Shown in pieces: positions 8,645 through 16,608 of a DNA stretch of 20,000 nucleotides. A program made the translations under genes and the position numbers. Origin of the DNA: an uncultured virus (IMG/VR IMGVR_UViG_3300028581_000034) (lineage: Duplodnaviria; Heunggongvirae; Uroviricota; Caudoviricetes); IMG/VR virus record IMGVR_UViG_3300028581_000034; one strand, written 5' to 3'. The notes beneath the pieces are model-generated. The model was not told the origin of the DNA, made no database searches, and saw nothing but the letters and a program-made list of their open reading frames with translations. Every line of letters starts with the position of its first letter. The first letter of the stretch is position 1.

Positions 8645-9327
8645 AATTTGTTAATATACAATTTTTGTCTACCATCAAACAATAGGATGTAACCTAATGA
8701 AAGTAAGTGTGGTGACAAATAAGCATCTTTACCTGTATCTTCAATATCAAAGTCGGTATCATCAATCAAGATTAAGTGAGTGTCAGCAAGTTTTGGTTTT
8801 GCAACTTCAAAACATTCTAAGTGTTTTTCTCTATACAAATGAGTAGCAGTGTCCCATCCATCCAAAAATAACACATCTATGGTTCCTTGGAATTCTTGAA
8901 GAAATTCAATACCGTCTTTTGGAATATTCAAATGAAGGTTGTCAGGAAAAGGTCTTCTAATATTTTCAAAAGACCAAAGAGCTTGTGTTTTACAATTTGG
9001 GTCAATATCAACTGAGTGAGTGTCAAAACCTTCTAACGCCCAAACGATACCTCCGTGACCATCAGCACAACATGGTGGTGATAAAAATGGGTCCATTTCA
9101 CTTTCGTAATATTCCAAACATTGATTTGCAAACGCTAATCTTGTTGCACCAATTTCAACCACTGTTTTCATACCAAGTAAACGAGCCACTTGAGCGGCAG
9201 TCTTTAGATATGGACCTGGTTTACTACGTCTAATATCATGGTCTTCACCTGTTAATGACAATGTAGTCCAATACTTTTTAGGTATTTTATTAAATTCTTC
9301 TGTAATTTTTAAAATTTCTTCTTTCAT
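8641..9327 (-). CDS. Class I SAM-dependent methyltransferase (Methyltransf_24-like)
   Basis: VVEIGA, SVDID, DG.EFL, IDVLFLDG, ILIDD motifs. ATGA overlap with both neighbours. Confidence 0.8.
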   Translation of the reverse strand: MKEEILKITEEFNKIPKKYWTTLSLTGEDHDIRRSKPGPYLKTAAQVARLLGMKTVVEIGATRLAFANQCLEYYESEMDPFLSPPCCADGHGGIVWALEGFDTHSVDIDPNCKTQALWSFENIRRPFPDNLHLNIPKDGIEFLQEFQGTIDVLFLDGWDTATHLYREKHLECFEVAKPKLADTHLILIDDTDFDIEDTGKDAYLSPHLLSLGYILLFDGRQKLYINKL

Positions 9328-9998
9328 TGTTTTGGTTTAATAAATGAGTCACCGAATAACGCATCAAAGTTTATTGTTTCATAACCACAAGTTTCGGTAA
9401 AATCAATCAATATTTGTCTAGCCTCTTCCTCAGGAATTGAGTTTTGATAATTGTTTTCAAATAAAATAAATGGTTTTTTATTTAAACGAGAAATAATTGG
9501 TTGGATAGACCGAAGTATTTGATAATCTTGTGTTTCAGTGTCAATTTTAATAAAGTCAAATGATTCTAAGTCATTAACATATTGGTCAAAGAAATCATAC
9601 CCACTAACCATTTGAACTTCATATCCTTCACTTTTGTGAATTTGGGATACACCCATGTTAATATGGTCAGGTGTTGAATGTTCAATTGAATGTGTTTGAA
9701 AATATGTTTTACCTGACCTATCTGAAATTGCAAAGTCGTGTAATACACAGTTAGGTGTTGTACCAAATTTTTCTGTTAAATAGTCAAATAACTGAGGTGC
9801 GGGTTCCACCATGATAACTTGTTTAATTGAATAATCTCTTGATAATACATCGTAGAATTTTCCAACGTTTGCTCCAATATCAATATAACTTAATTCAGTT
9901 AAGTTTTTAGGACCAAAATAATCTTTTAAGTAGTTAATCTCAATACCAATATTTCTTTCAATTAACTCATCATCCCAAATTTTTATTAAATCTTTCAT
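9324..9998 (-). CDS. FkbM family methyltransferase
   Basis: IDIGANVG, VEP, AISD..G, FIKIDTE..DY.IL and P.ILFE motifs. Confidence 0.88.
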   Translation of the reverse strand: MKDLIKIWDDELIERNIGIEINYLKDYFGPKNLTELSYIDIGANVGKFYDVLSRDYSIKQVIMVEPAPQLFDYLTEKFGTTPNCVLHDFAISDRSGKTYFQTHSIEHSTPDHINMGVSQIHKSEGYEVQMVSGYDFFDQYVNDLESFDFIKIDTETQDYQILRSIQPIISRLNKKPFILFENNYQNSIPEEEARQILIDFTETCGYETINFDALFGDSFIKPKQ

Positions 9999-10804
9999 TC
10001 AAATACGTAGTCTATTTTTTTAAATTCATCCGGTATAAAAAACTTTGGTTGAACCTTTAGTGTGTCAGGATGGTTACATCCTGTGTGCATTAATCCGTTT
10101 GTATGTCTTAACACGGGAAATGTTGTTACTCCTTGAAATTCATACCATCCTTGATAAGAACTAACTTTTTCAATTTCAGGTTCGTAAGGAACAACAAACA
10201 TTTTAATTTTTTTATGTTTAAAATAGTATGACATTAATACGTCATCTGATAGAGTTTTACCTAAGAAATCTGTAAAGAAATCTTGCTCAAAATACCTAAC
10301 AAAATAAGAACAAGATTTGTAATGTTGAAGTTCTTTAACTCTTGAAATTTCACTAACAGTAAGAACCCAAGAATCTCTTAAGTCACCCCATTTTGCTGGT
10401 ACCAAACTTCTACCGTCATACAATACAACAGCATCGGTTAGTTGTGTTTGGTATTTAACGTGTTCATTAATCATATCAGGATGATAAACTAAATCATCAT
10501 CAGCAACAATTAATAGAGTGTTTGGTGTTTCTCTTTGAATAGTTGGGACAACTTTAGTTGGTGGTCCCATATCTTCCATTCTAAAAACTTTGAGATGTGG
10601 GTATTGGGATTGGTAATCCTCAATCCACTGAGGGATTACATACTCTTCACCTGTAACATTATATTTGTGAGGAAGGTTTAGATGTACCTCATACGAGTCA
10701 TGGTTTTGTTCACACAAAGATTTTAAACAAAGTTTAAATCCATCTTCAGGTTCAAAACTTAATCGTTGTGGAACAGTTGTTAATGTAATTACGATTTTAT
10801 CCAT
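9995..10804 (-). CDS. GT-A fold (GT2-like) glycosyltransferase
   Basis: IVITLTTVPQR...CLKSL..Q, DMGPPTK, IVADDDLVY (DxD), SDDV.MS. Start placed at ATG 10804 (8 nt overlap with the upstream stop); the ORF-track start at 10816 is an alternative. Confidence 0.85.
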   Translation of the reverse strand: MDKIVITLTTVPQRLSFEPEDGFKLCLKSLCEQNHDSYEVHLNLPHKYNVTGEEYVIPQWIEDYQSQYPHLKVFRMEDMGPPTKVVPTIQRETPNTLLIVADDDLVYHPDMINEHVKYQTQLTDAVVLYDGRSLVPAKWGDLRDSWVLTVSEISRVKELQHYKSCSYFVRYFEQDFFTDFLGKTLSDDVLMSYYFKHKKIKMFVVPYEPEIEKVSSYQGWYEFQGVTTFPVLRHTNGLMHTGCNHPDTLKVQPKFFIPDEFKKIDYVFE

Positions 10805-11168
10805 TTGAACTAGCATGATTCATTTTAATGTCTTTATATCCTTCACCAAAAACCTCAACAACATCGTTTTTGTATCCAACACGGATTTTATTGAATTCTC
10901 TGATTTTAATTGCTCTACGACCAACTTCTTCAAGACCCAATTCACCTTCTCTACCTTTTCTAATATCAGACTCTAAATCCCAAATCATTCCGTTAATCTC
11001 AATCAATTTATCAATTTTCTCATTAATAAACTCTTCGTGAGTTTCTTTGTACGATTCAATTTCTTGTGTTAAATCTTCAATCTCTTGTTGATTCTCAGCA
11101 CTTGCTCTTTCTTTCTTTAATATTGCAATAGAATATCTATCCAATATTTCACCTATGGGCATTTTCAT
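10797..11168 (-). CDS. DUF6165-like small helical protein
   Basis: PIGEILDRYSI..LK...L..IN..IWDLE.DIR...N..R...K..V resembles the DUF6165 pattern (GEL.DK.TIL.IK...N..LW..ED..R...ND.R..K..IN) often found beside glycosyltransferases. Confidence 0.6.
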   Translation of the reverse strand: MKMPIGEILDRYSIAILKKERASAENQQEIEDLTQEIESYKETHEEFINEKIDKLIEINGMIWDLESDIRKGREGELGLEEVGRRAIKIREFNKIRVGYKNDVVEVFGEGYKDIKMNHASSNG

Positions 11169-11171
11169 ATT

Positions 11172-12419
11172 TTACAAATTACCTGTTAATCTTTCACACC
11201 ATCCTTTACTTGTTGAGTACGGCCATACTACCCAGTAAGTTGGTTTTATTTCTGTTTGGAATTCTCTCCATACTTTACCATATCCATCAGGGTCATTCAT
11301 AATTCTTTGAATTTCTGACTTATCGGCATCTTTTCTGTGAAGAGTTTCATCATTAGGTCCGTGGAATGCAACTACCCAATATTCATAGTCTTTTTCAGGA
11401 ACAGACGCATAATTCACATCAATACAATGTTTGTAGATAGATGCGAAGTTTTTCTTCCATTCTTCCTCTGACTCAAAATTATATGGGTTAGGTGGATAGT
11501 TTTTATCCAATGTATATTGTTGTACAGCTCTTTTTTCAAACAAAAGACCTGAATATTTTTCATAGTCACGTAAACTACGAACAGAACCAAATCCATAAGG
11601 TCCATCATGACCTGTTTGTTCTAAACCATCCATACCAAACAATTGACGGTTAGTTAAGTGTGAATGGTCATTTCTCTTAACCCACTCTTTATCGTCATCC
11701 CATTGCTTCGTTCTTCCTTTACGGGTGTATTCGTGCCAAATCAAAACTTTATGTGGGTGGAATAAATCATAACCCCAAGTGTATGCTCTCGCTGCGATTG
11801 AAATTTCTTCACCGTGGAAATAGTATTCAGGATTATGTTGAACTTCGGTTGAGAATTGTCCCAAAGTAAAACAATAGTGTGCCGAGTAAAAACGTGCGGT
11901 TACAGGTTCTTTTAATTGCTGCCAACCTGGAATTGTTTCAGGTAAGAAGAACACAGCACCCTCAGGAATAAATCTATCAAACGCCATTCTCCATGGCTCT
12001 TGCATTCTACCTGCCGGGTCATTGTCGGGGTCAAATGACGAAACATATCCTGTAAGTAATGGTTTTTTGTAACCTTTCTTTTGGAGTTGTTTAATCATCT
12101 TAATCATTTCGTCATCCCAATTGGGTGCGAATCTCATGTGAGAATCAATTTGAAGAGTATACTCTTCACCATCGTAAAGTTGTTGTGTAAGGTTTCTTGC
12201 CCAACAAACACCTTTTGACTCTTCATGAGGAATGTTTAAGATTCTAAATCTTGAATCATTCTCATATTCGGTTAATTCATCAAACTTGTCGTCAGGATGA
12301 AATTGTCTGGCAATTGCCAATCTTAAATTTTTGGGTCTTTTAGCATTCTCCAACATATTTTTAATTGTTGGAATAAGTTGGGGGTCACGATAAGCCGCTA
12401 TTTGTACAAATATTTTCAT
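11172..12419 (-). CDS. GT60-like polypeptide N-acetylglucosaminyltransferase (Gnt1/GlcNAc family)
   Basis: IFVQIAAYRDP, GVCWARN, LQIDSHMRF...WD (DxH at 12138-12146), FHGEEI..AAR.YT.GYDLF.P....WH.Y are the hallmark motifs of Dictyostelium Gnt1-type GT60 enzymes. No N-terminal transmembrane anchor. Confidence 0.88.
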   Translation of the reverse strand: MKIFVQIAAYRDPQLIPTIKNMLENAKRPKNLRLAIARQFHPDDKFDELTEYENDSRFRILNIPHEESKGVCWARNLTQQLYDGEEYTLQIDSHMRFAPNWDDEMIKMIKQLQKKGYKKPLLTGYVSSFDPDNDPAGRMQEPWRMAFDRFIPEGAVFFLPETIPGWQQLKEPVTARFYSAHYCFTLGQFSTEVQHNPEYYFHGEEISIAARAYTWGYDLFHPHKVLIWHEYTRKGRTKQWDDDKEWVKRNDHSHLTNRQLFGMDGLEQTGHDGPYGFGSVRSLRDYEKYSGLLFEKRAVQQYTLDKNYPPNPYNFESEEEWKKNFASIYKHCIDVNYASVPEKDYEYWVVAFHGPNDETLHRKDADKSEIQRIMNDPDGYGKVWREFQTEIKPTYWVVWPYSTSKGWCERLTGNL

Positions 12420-12442
12420 GAAAATTGTTTTTCATAAAAATA
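12411..12442 (-). promoter_or_regulatory. Hairpin covering the GT60 start codon
   Basis: mRNA UAUUUUUAUGAAAA-ACAA-UUUUCAUGAAAAUA: 14 bp stem with one G-U pair, AUG in the 3' arm. Very AU-rich. Confidence 0.35.
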
Positions 12443-12508
12443 AATTAAGAATGTAAAATATGAATACTTACTATTTGTAAAAATACAATCATATAAAATA
12501 TTTTAATA

Positions 12509-14659
12509 CTATATTGTTTCTCTAAAATCACATATTTGTATTGGGATTGACGTATTCCATGGAGAACCTGTACCTATATTACTTGAACCCGCCAAATAAC
12601 TCATGTAACCTGCAACATAAATTCTATTTTTATTGGTCAAGAATATATTTGCTCTATAGTCAGCATTAGTAAAATTACCCAATTGTTTTGATGAAACAGC
12701 GTATTCATCACTTTCTTGGAAAAGAACTTTTAATGAGGTTCCTACTTGATTTGTTTCTTCGGCAGTACCCGCCTCAAAACTTCCATTAAAACCAGAACCA
12801 TATGTTACTGAATTTTTTGTAAAAAATAAATTACCCACAGTTCTTGGATTGGTATTTAGATAAAAATCGGTTACTCCTGTTTGAATTATTTTGGCATACC
12901 CTGAAATTGTGTTTTGAGCATCTCCATTTCCCCAAATTGAAAAGTAATTTGCCCCCCAACTGTAAAGATTTCCAGAATTATCTAACGCCATAGTAGTAGT
13001 TCCTCTTGTATTAATTTTAACAATATTACTTAACGTTGCAGCCGAAGAAGTTTTTACTGAACTAAATAATGTCACAAACGAGGAATTTTGATTGTCACCT
13101 AATTCATAGTTAAATGGGTTTCCACAAGCACTAACACTACCATTAGTAAACAAAACAGTAGTCATATACCACTCAGTGACATTACCATCCCATCCTGCTG
13201 ATGTATAAACATCTGCAACAGGAAAAGCAACAGTTATAAATGTTAGAACATTATTTTGATTTCCAATACCTAATTGCCCTTGCCCGTTGAAACCAGTACA
13301 AAATAAAGTACCATCACTGGTAAGAGCAAATGTTGAGCATTTATCGGTTGAGCCTAAATAACATTTAGTAATATCCAAGGTAGTCAATGCATTTATAAGT
13401 TGTGGTGTGTTTTTGTCAGCAGTATTACCTATACCTAATTGTCCATAAGCATTTCGACCCCATCCATAGTATTTTGTTGTTCCATAATCATTAACTCTAA
13501 CAATGACAGACAAATAACCATTACTACCCAAATTTTCACTATTTGACCAAAAATCAACTACCGTTATACCTGGACCATAAAGATTAGAGTCAGTTAATGG
13601 TGACATTATTTTTCTTGTAGTTGTTGTTCCATCACCTATTTGACCATAGGTATTATCTCCGTACATATACAAATACCCATTGGACCCTAATGCGATGAAA
13701 TTGTATACATTTTCATAAAATTTTATAATACTTGCTGGTCTTGGGTCTATTGGCACATCAAACGTTCCTAATGTGGTTGTATTTGTATTTAACGAATATG
13801 GTTGTACAGTACCTATGTTAGTTCCCGTACCATTACCCGCTCTTAATACTCTATTACCCAATACGAAAGACCTTCCAAATCCATAACAAGAACCTTCATA
13901 TGGTAACGATAATGTCGCCAAAACAGGAGATGTTCCAGACGTTCCTGATGAACCACTTGAACCTGAACTTCCGCTAGTTCCTGATGAACCTGAAGAGCCA
14001 CTTGTTCCTGAAGAACCGCTTGAACCTGAAGTACCAGATAAACCTGATGAACCTGAAGAGCCACTTGTTCCGCTTGAACCTGAACTTCCGCTAGTTCCTG
14101 ATGAACCTGATGTTCCGCTAGTTCCACTTGAACCTGAAGTTCCGCTAGTTCCACTTGAACCTGATGTACCACTAGTTCCTGATGAACCACTCGTACCATT
14201 TGTACCTGAAGTTCCTGATGAACCTGATGTTCCGCTAGTTCCTGAAGAACCGCTAGTTCCTGATGAACCGCTTGTACCATTTGTACCCGAAGTTCCTGAT
14301 GAACCTGAAGTTCCGCTAGTTCCCGAAGAACCACTCGTACCATTTGTACCCGAAGTTCCACTTGAACCTGATGTACCGCTAGTTCCTGAAGAACCGCTTG
14401 TACCATTTGTACCCGAAGTTCCTGAAGAACCACTCGTACCATTTGTACCTGAAGTTCCTGATGAGCCAGATAAGCCACTTGTTCCTGAACTACCAGAAGA
14501 ACCTGATGTTCCACTTGTCCCTGAAGAACCAGAATTTCCTGTCATTCCAGAAAAAGCCACATGGAATGTATTACCACTTAATTCAACAGGAAATAATGTA
14601 TCAGAGGTTGCCCCCGATAGATATGTTAGTTGTCCGATTGTTTTGCCTGTTAGTGCCAT
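12509..14659 (-). CDS. Putative virion fibre: short N-terminal anchor, Gly-X-Y Ser/Thr repeat, RCC1/BLIP-II beta-propeller
   Basis: RCC1 repeats GDNTYGQIGDG, WGRNAYGQLGIG, TGFNGQGQLGIG, CGNPFNYELGD, WGANYFSIWGNG, SGFNGSFEAG. N-terminal KTIGQL...D..FPV...G.T resembles phage fibre attachment segments. Confidence 0.8.
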   Translation of the reverse strand: MALTGKTIGQLTYLSGATSDTLFPVELSGNTFHVAFSGMTGNSGSSGTSGTSGSSGSSGTSGLSGSSGTSGTNGTSGSSGTSGTNGTSGSSGTSGTSGSSGTSGTNGTSGSSGTSGTSGSSGTSGTNGTSGSSGTSGSSGTSGTSGSSGTSGTNGTSGSSGTSGTSGSSGTSGTSGSSGTSGTSGSSGTSGSSGSSGTSGSSGSSGLSGTSGSSGSSGTSGSSGSSGTSGSSGSSGSSGTSGTSPVLATLSLPYEGSCYGFGRSFVLGNRVLRAGNGTGTNIGTVQPYSLNTNTTTLGTFDVPIDPRPASIIKFYENVYNFIALGSNGYLYMYGDNTYGQIGDGTTTTRKIMSPLTDSNLYGPGITVVDFWSNSENLGSNGYLSVIVRVNDYGTTKYYGWGRNAYGQLGIGNTADKNTPQLINALTTLDITKCYLGSTDKCSTFALTSDGTLFCTGFNGQGQLGIGNQNNVLTFITVAFPVADVYTSAGWDGNVTEWYMTTVLFTNGSVSACGNPFNYELGDNQNSSFVTLFSSVKTSSAATLSNIVKINTRGTTTMALDNSGNLYSWGANYFSIWGNGDAQNTISGYAKIIQTGVTDFYLNTNPRTVGNLFFTKNSVTYGSGFNGSFEAGTAEETNQVGTSLKVLFQESDEYAVSSKQLGNFTNADYRANIFLTNKNRIYVAGYMSYLAGSSNIGTGSPWNTSIPIQICDFRETI
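13928..14539 (-). repeat. 68 uninterrupted Gly-X-Y triplets (GSS/GTS/GTN/GLS)
   Basis: 612 nt, Gly at every third residue, no Pro; degenerate 9 nt DNA repeat. Confidence 0.95.
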
Positions 14660-14672
14660 TTTTCTTTTTTTT

Positions 14673-14680
14673 TATAAATA
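14673..14680 (-). promoter_or_regulatory. TATTTATA motif upstream of the RCC1 fibre gene
   Basis: Minus strand GATATTTATA followed by a 13 nt A-rich spacer and ATG. Confidence 0.4.
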
Positions 14681-14689
14681 TCTTTTGTT

Positions 14690-15877
14690 TTATCCGATTG
14701 TCATTACCAGTGTGCTCGTATTACCTCCCGAACCCCAACTCCAAGTGTATGTTCCTGAAGTTAGTCCCATACCCGCAATTGTTTGTGATGCATAAGTTGC
14801 ACTTCCGCTAATAGTTGTATTTGAAACATATCCTGAAGGAACATATAATAAACGTCCACTTCCACCTGGAAGAACACCAAATGTTGAGCCTGATGTTGCT
14901 GTTACTCCAACACCACCAGCGCCAAAAGTTGTTGGATATGTTATTGTACCACTATAGGTATCTACGGGTACATTTGGCCCAATTGCCCAAATTGCTTGAC
15001 CTGCTTGGAATCCCGCGGCTATTGTACTACTTCCTGCCGATGTCAATGCTGCCAAATTAAAACTACCTGAACCTGACCAAACAACATCAGGACCTTGTTG
15101 TGTAATATTAACCGTAAATGTTTCAGTCGGTGCTGATGTTGGAGTTGGCGTTTGTGTTAATGTTGGAGTTGGTGTTGGACAAGTAATTTCATAGCTACAG
15201 GTGCTATTGAATGCTGAAAAGTATAAAGAATATTGTCCTGTATAATTAAACGATTGGAATGTATATGGAATTACGTGAGACCCCAAGGAAATTGTTCCTC
15301 CTGAACAAGGAGTATATGTAATATCCGCAATTTGTCCAACATAATTTACTGATGTAATTTCAATTGAATTTGGTTGTGGTGTTGATGTTGGCGTTGGTGT
15401 GTTGGTAGGTGTTACAGTTGGCGTTTGAGTATTTGTTGGTGTTGGTGATGGTGGCAAACCTACTTGAATTGTTACTGAATCGGATGCCCAACTTGAAGTG
15501 TAAGTTCCTTGGGTAAATCCCATAGTTGTAAAGTTGGTTCCATTAAATGTTATGGTTCCATTGATAGGTGTGTTTGAAACATAACCTTGTCTAACATAAA
15601 TTTCATTTCCTGCCCCTGCTATACCAAAGTCATCTCCACTATATGAACTTGCACTGGTAAATCCTCCACTACCCAAATTTGAGATTGTTGAATTTCCACC
15701 ATAAGAGTCCATATCAAATCCAACCGCCGATGATACAATCACCGCTGCCGATGGATTTACAAATGCAGAGCCGCCACCAGTTAGTGCAACGAAAGTTAAA
15801 CCTGATAAATTTATTGAACCACTGGCGGTTACTACTACATTACCACTTACTTCTAATATCGTTATATTTAATGCCAT
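14690..15877 (-). CDS. Putative virion surface protein with two copies of a ~140 aa beta domain and Thr/Pro linkers
   Basis: Internal repeat: VVVTASGSINLSGL...SGDDFGI...IYV..GYVSNTPINGT.TF....MGFT.GTYT.SW versus VVWSGSGSFNLAAL...SGSTFGV...LYV..GYVSNTTISGS.TY....MGLT.GTYT.SW. Two TPTPT linkers flank a central ~60 aa module. Confidence 0.7.
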   Translation of the reverse strand: MALNITILEVSGNVVVTASGSINLSGLTFVALTGGGSAFVNPSAAVIVSSAVGFDMDSYGGNSTISNLGSGGFTSASSYSGDDFGIAGAGNEIYVRQGYVSNTPINGTITFNGTNFTTMGFTQGTYTSSWASDSVTIQVGLPPSPTPTNTQTPTVTPTNTPTPTSTPQPNSIEITSVNYVGQIADITYTPCSGGTISLGSHVIPYTFQSFNYTGQYSLYFSAFNSTCSYEITCPTPTPTLTQTPTPTSAPTETFTVNITQQGPDVVWSGSGSFNLAALTSAGSSTIAAGFQAGQAIWAIGPNVPVDTYSGTITYPTTFGAGGVGVTATSGSTFGVLPGGSGRLLYVPSGYVSNTTISGSATYASQTIAGMGLTSGTYTWSWGSGGNTSTLVMTIG

Positions 15878-15888
15878 TTTTTATATTA

Positions 15889-16596
15889 TTATGTTACGTT
15901 AATTATTATATCACAAGAAGGTGCCGATGTTTGTGTTGGAGTTTGTGTTAATGTCGGTGTCACGGTAGATGTCACAGTAGATGTCACAGTAGATGTCACC
16001 GTAGGTGTTGGAGTATTAGTTGGAGTCTCGGTGTTTGTTGGAGTTGTTGTAGGTTCAGGTGTCGGTGTACTTGTAGTTGTTACACTTGGTGTTGGCGTAG
16101 GTGTTGGAGTTGGGACGGGTTCAACAGGGTCAACAAACATCAAATAAAGGTCGTTACCAACAATAATATACTCATCATTATTTGTGATAATTGGGTCAAT
16201 TAATTCTTCAGGTAAATTGGTTGATGTTGGGGTTGGGGTTATTGTTTGAGTAGGTGTTACAGTGGGAGTTTGAGTAGGGGTTGGGGTAAGGCTCTGTGTA
16301 GGTGTTACTGTAGTTGTCGGTGTTGGGGTTATTGTTTGAGTGGGGGTTGAAGTAACAGTAATAGTCGGTGTTACACTTGGAGTGTTTGTTGGGGTGCTTG
16401 TTGGTGTTGGAGTTGGAGTTAATGGGCCATATTGTCCACCATACACAACCAAATCCCAACTTGCGTTATTGTTCGGTGGTAATTGACCTGACGCAATATT
16501 AACTAATGCGATGTATAAAATATTATCATATACAACAAAGTCACCTTGGTTGTATGTTGTACCTATATTCCAATTACCTGAGAAATTAACTTCCAT
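15889..16596 (-). CDS. CBM5/12 (ChtBD3-like) module + Thr/Pro-rich protein
   Basis: N-terminal W..GTTYNQGDFVVYDNILY.A...P....W pattern; two Thr/Pro tracts around a short LIDPIITNNDEYIIVGNDLYLMF segment. Confidence 0.7.
   Translation of the reverse strand: MEVNFSGNWNIGTTYNQGDFVVYDNILYIALVNIASGQLPPNNNASWDLVVYGGQYGPLTPTPTPTSTPTNTPSVTPTITVTSTPTQTITPTPTTTVTPTQSLTPTPTQTPTVTPTQTITPTPTSTNLPEELIDPIITNNDEYIIVGNDLYLMFVDPVEPVPTPTPTPTPSVTTTSTPTPEPTTTPTNTETPTNTPTPTVTSTVTSTVTSTVTPTLTQTPTQTSAPSCDIIINVT
15965..15999. repeat. 12 nt tandem repeat GTAGATGTCACA x3 (encodes VTST x3)
   Basis: Three near-perfect copies starting at 15965, 15977 and 15989. Confidence 0.9.
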
Positions 16597-16608
16597 TTTT
16601 TTTAATTA

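Noticed and set aside
6286..12419. Cluster as a bacterial LPS/capsule locus or a DNA hypermodification locus
   Set aside because: No flippase, polymerase, exporter or membrane proteins, and flanks are phage genes; no base hydroxymethylase or TET/JBP gene in the window and GT60 is protein-directed. DNA modification is disfavoured, not excluded.
12475..12488. TTGTA-AAAA-TACAA hairpin as a terminator after the RCC1 gene
   Set aside because: Only 5 bp, almost all A-T; expected by chance.
13843..14514. 223 aa alternative-frame ORF (VHQEL repeats)
   Set aside because: Frame-shifted reading of the GTS/GSS repeat inside the RCC1 gene; no independent evidence.
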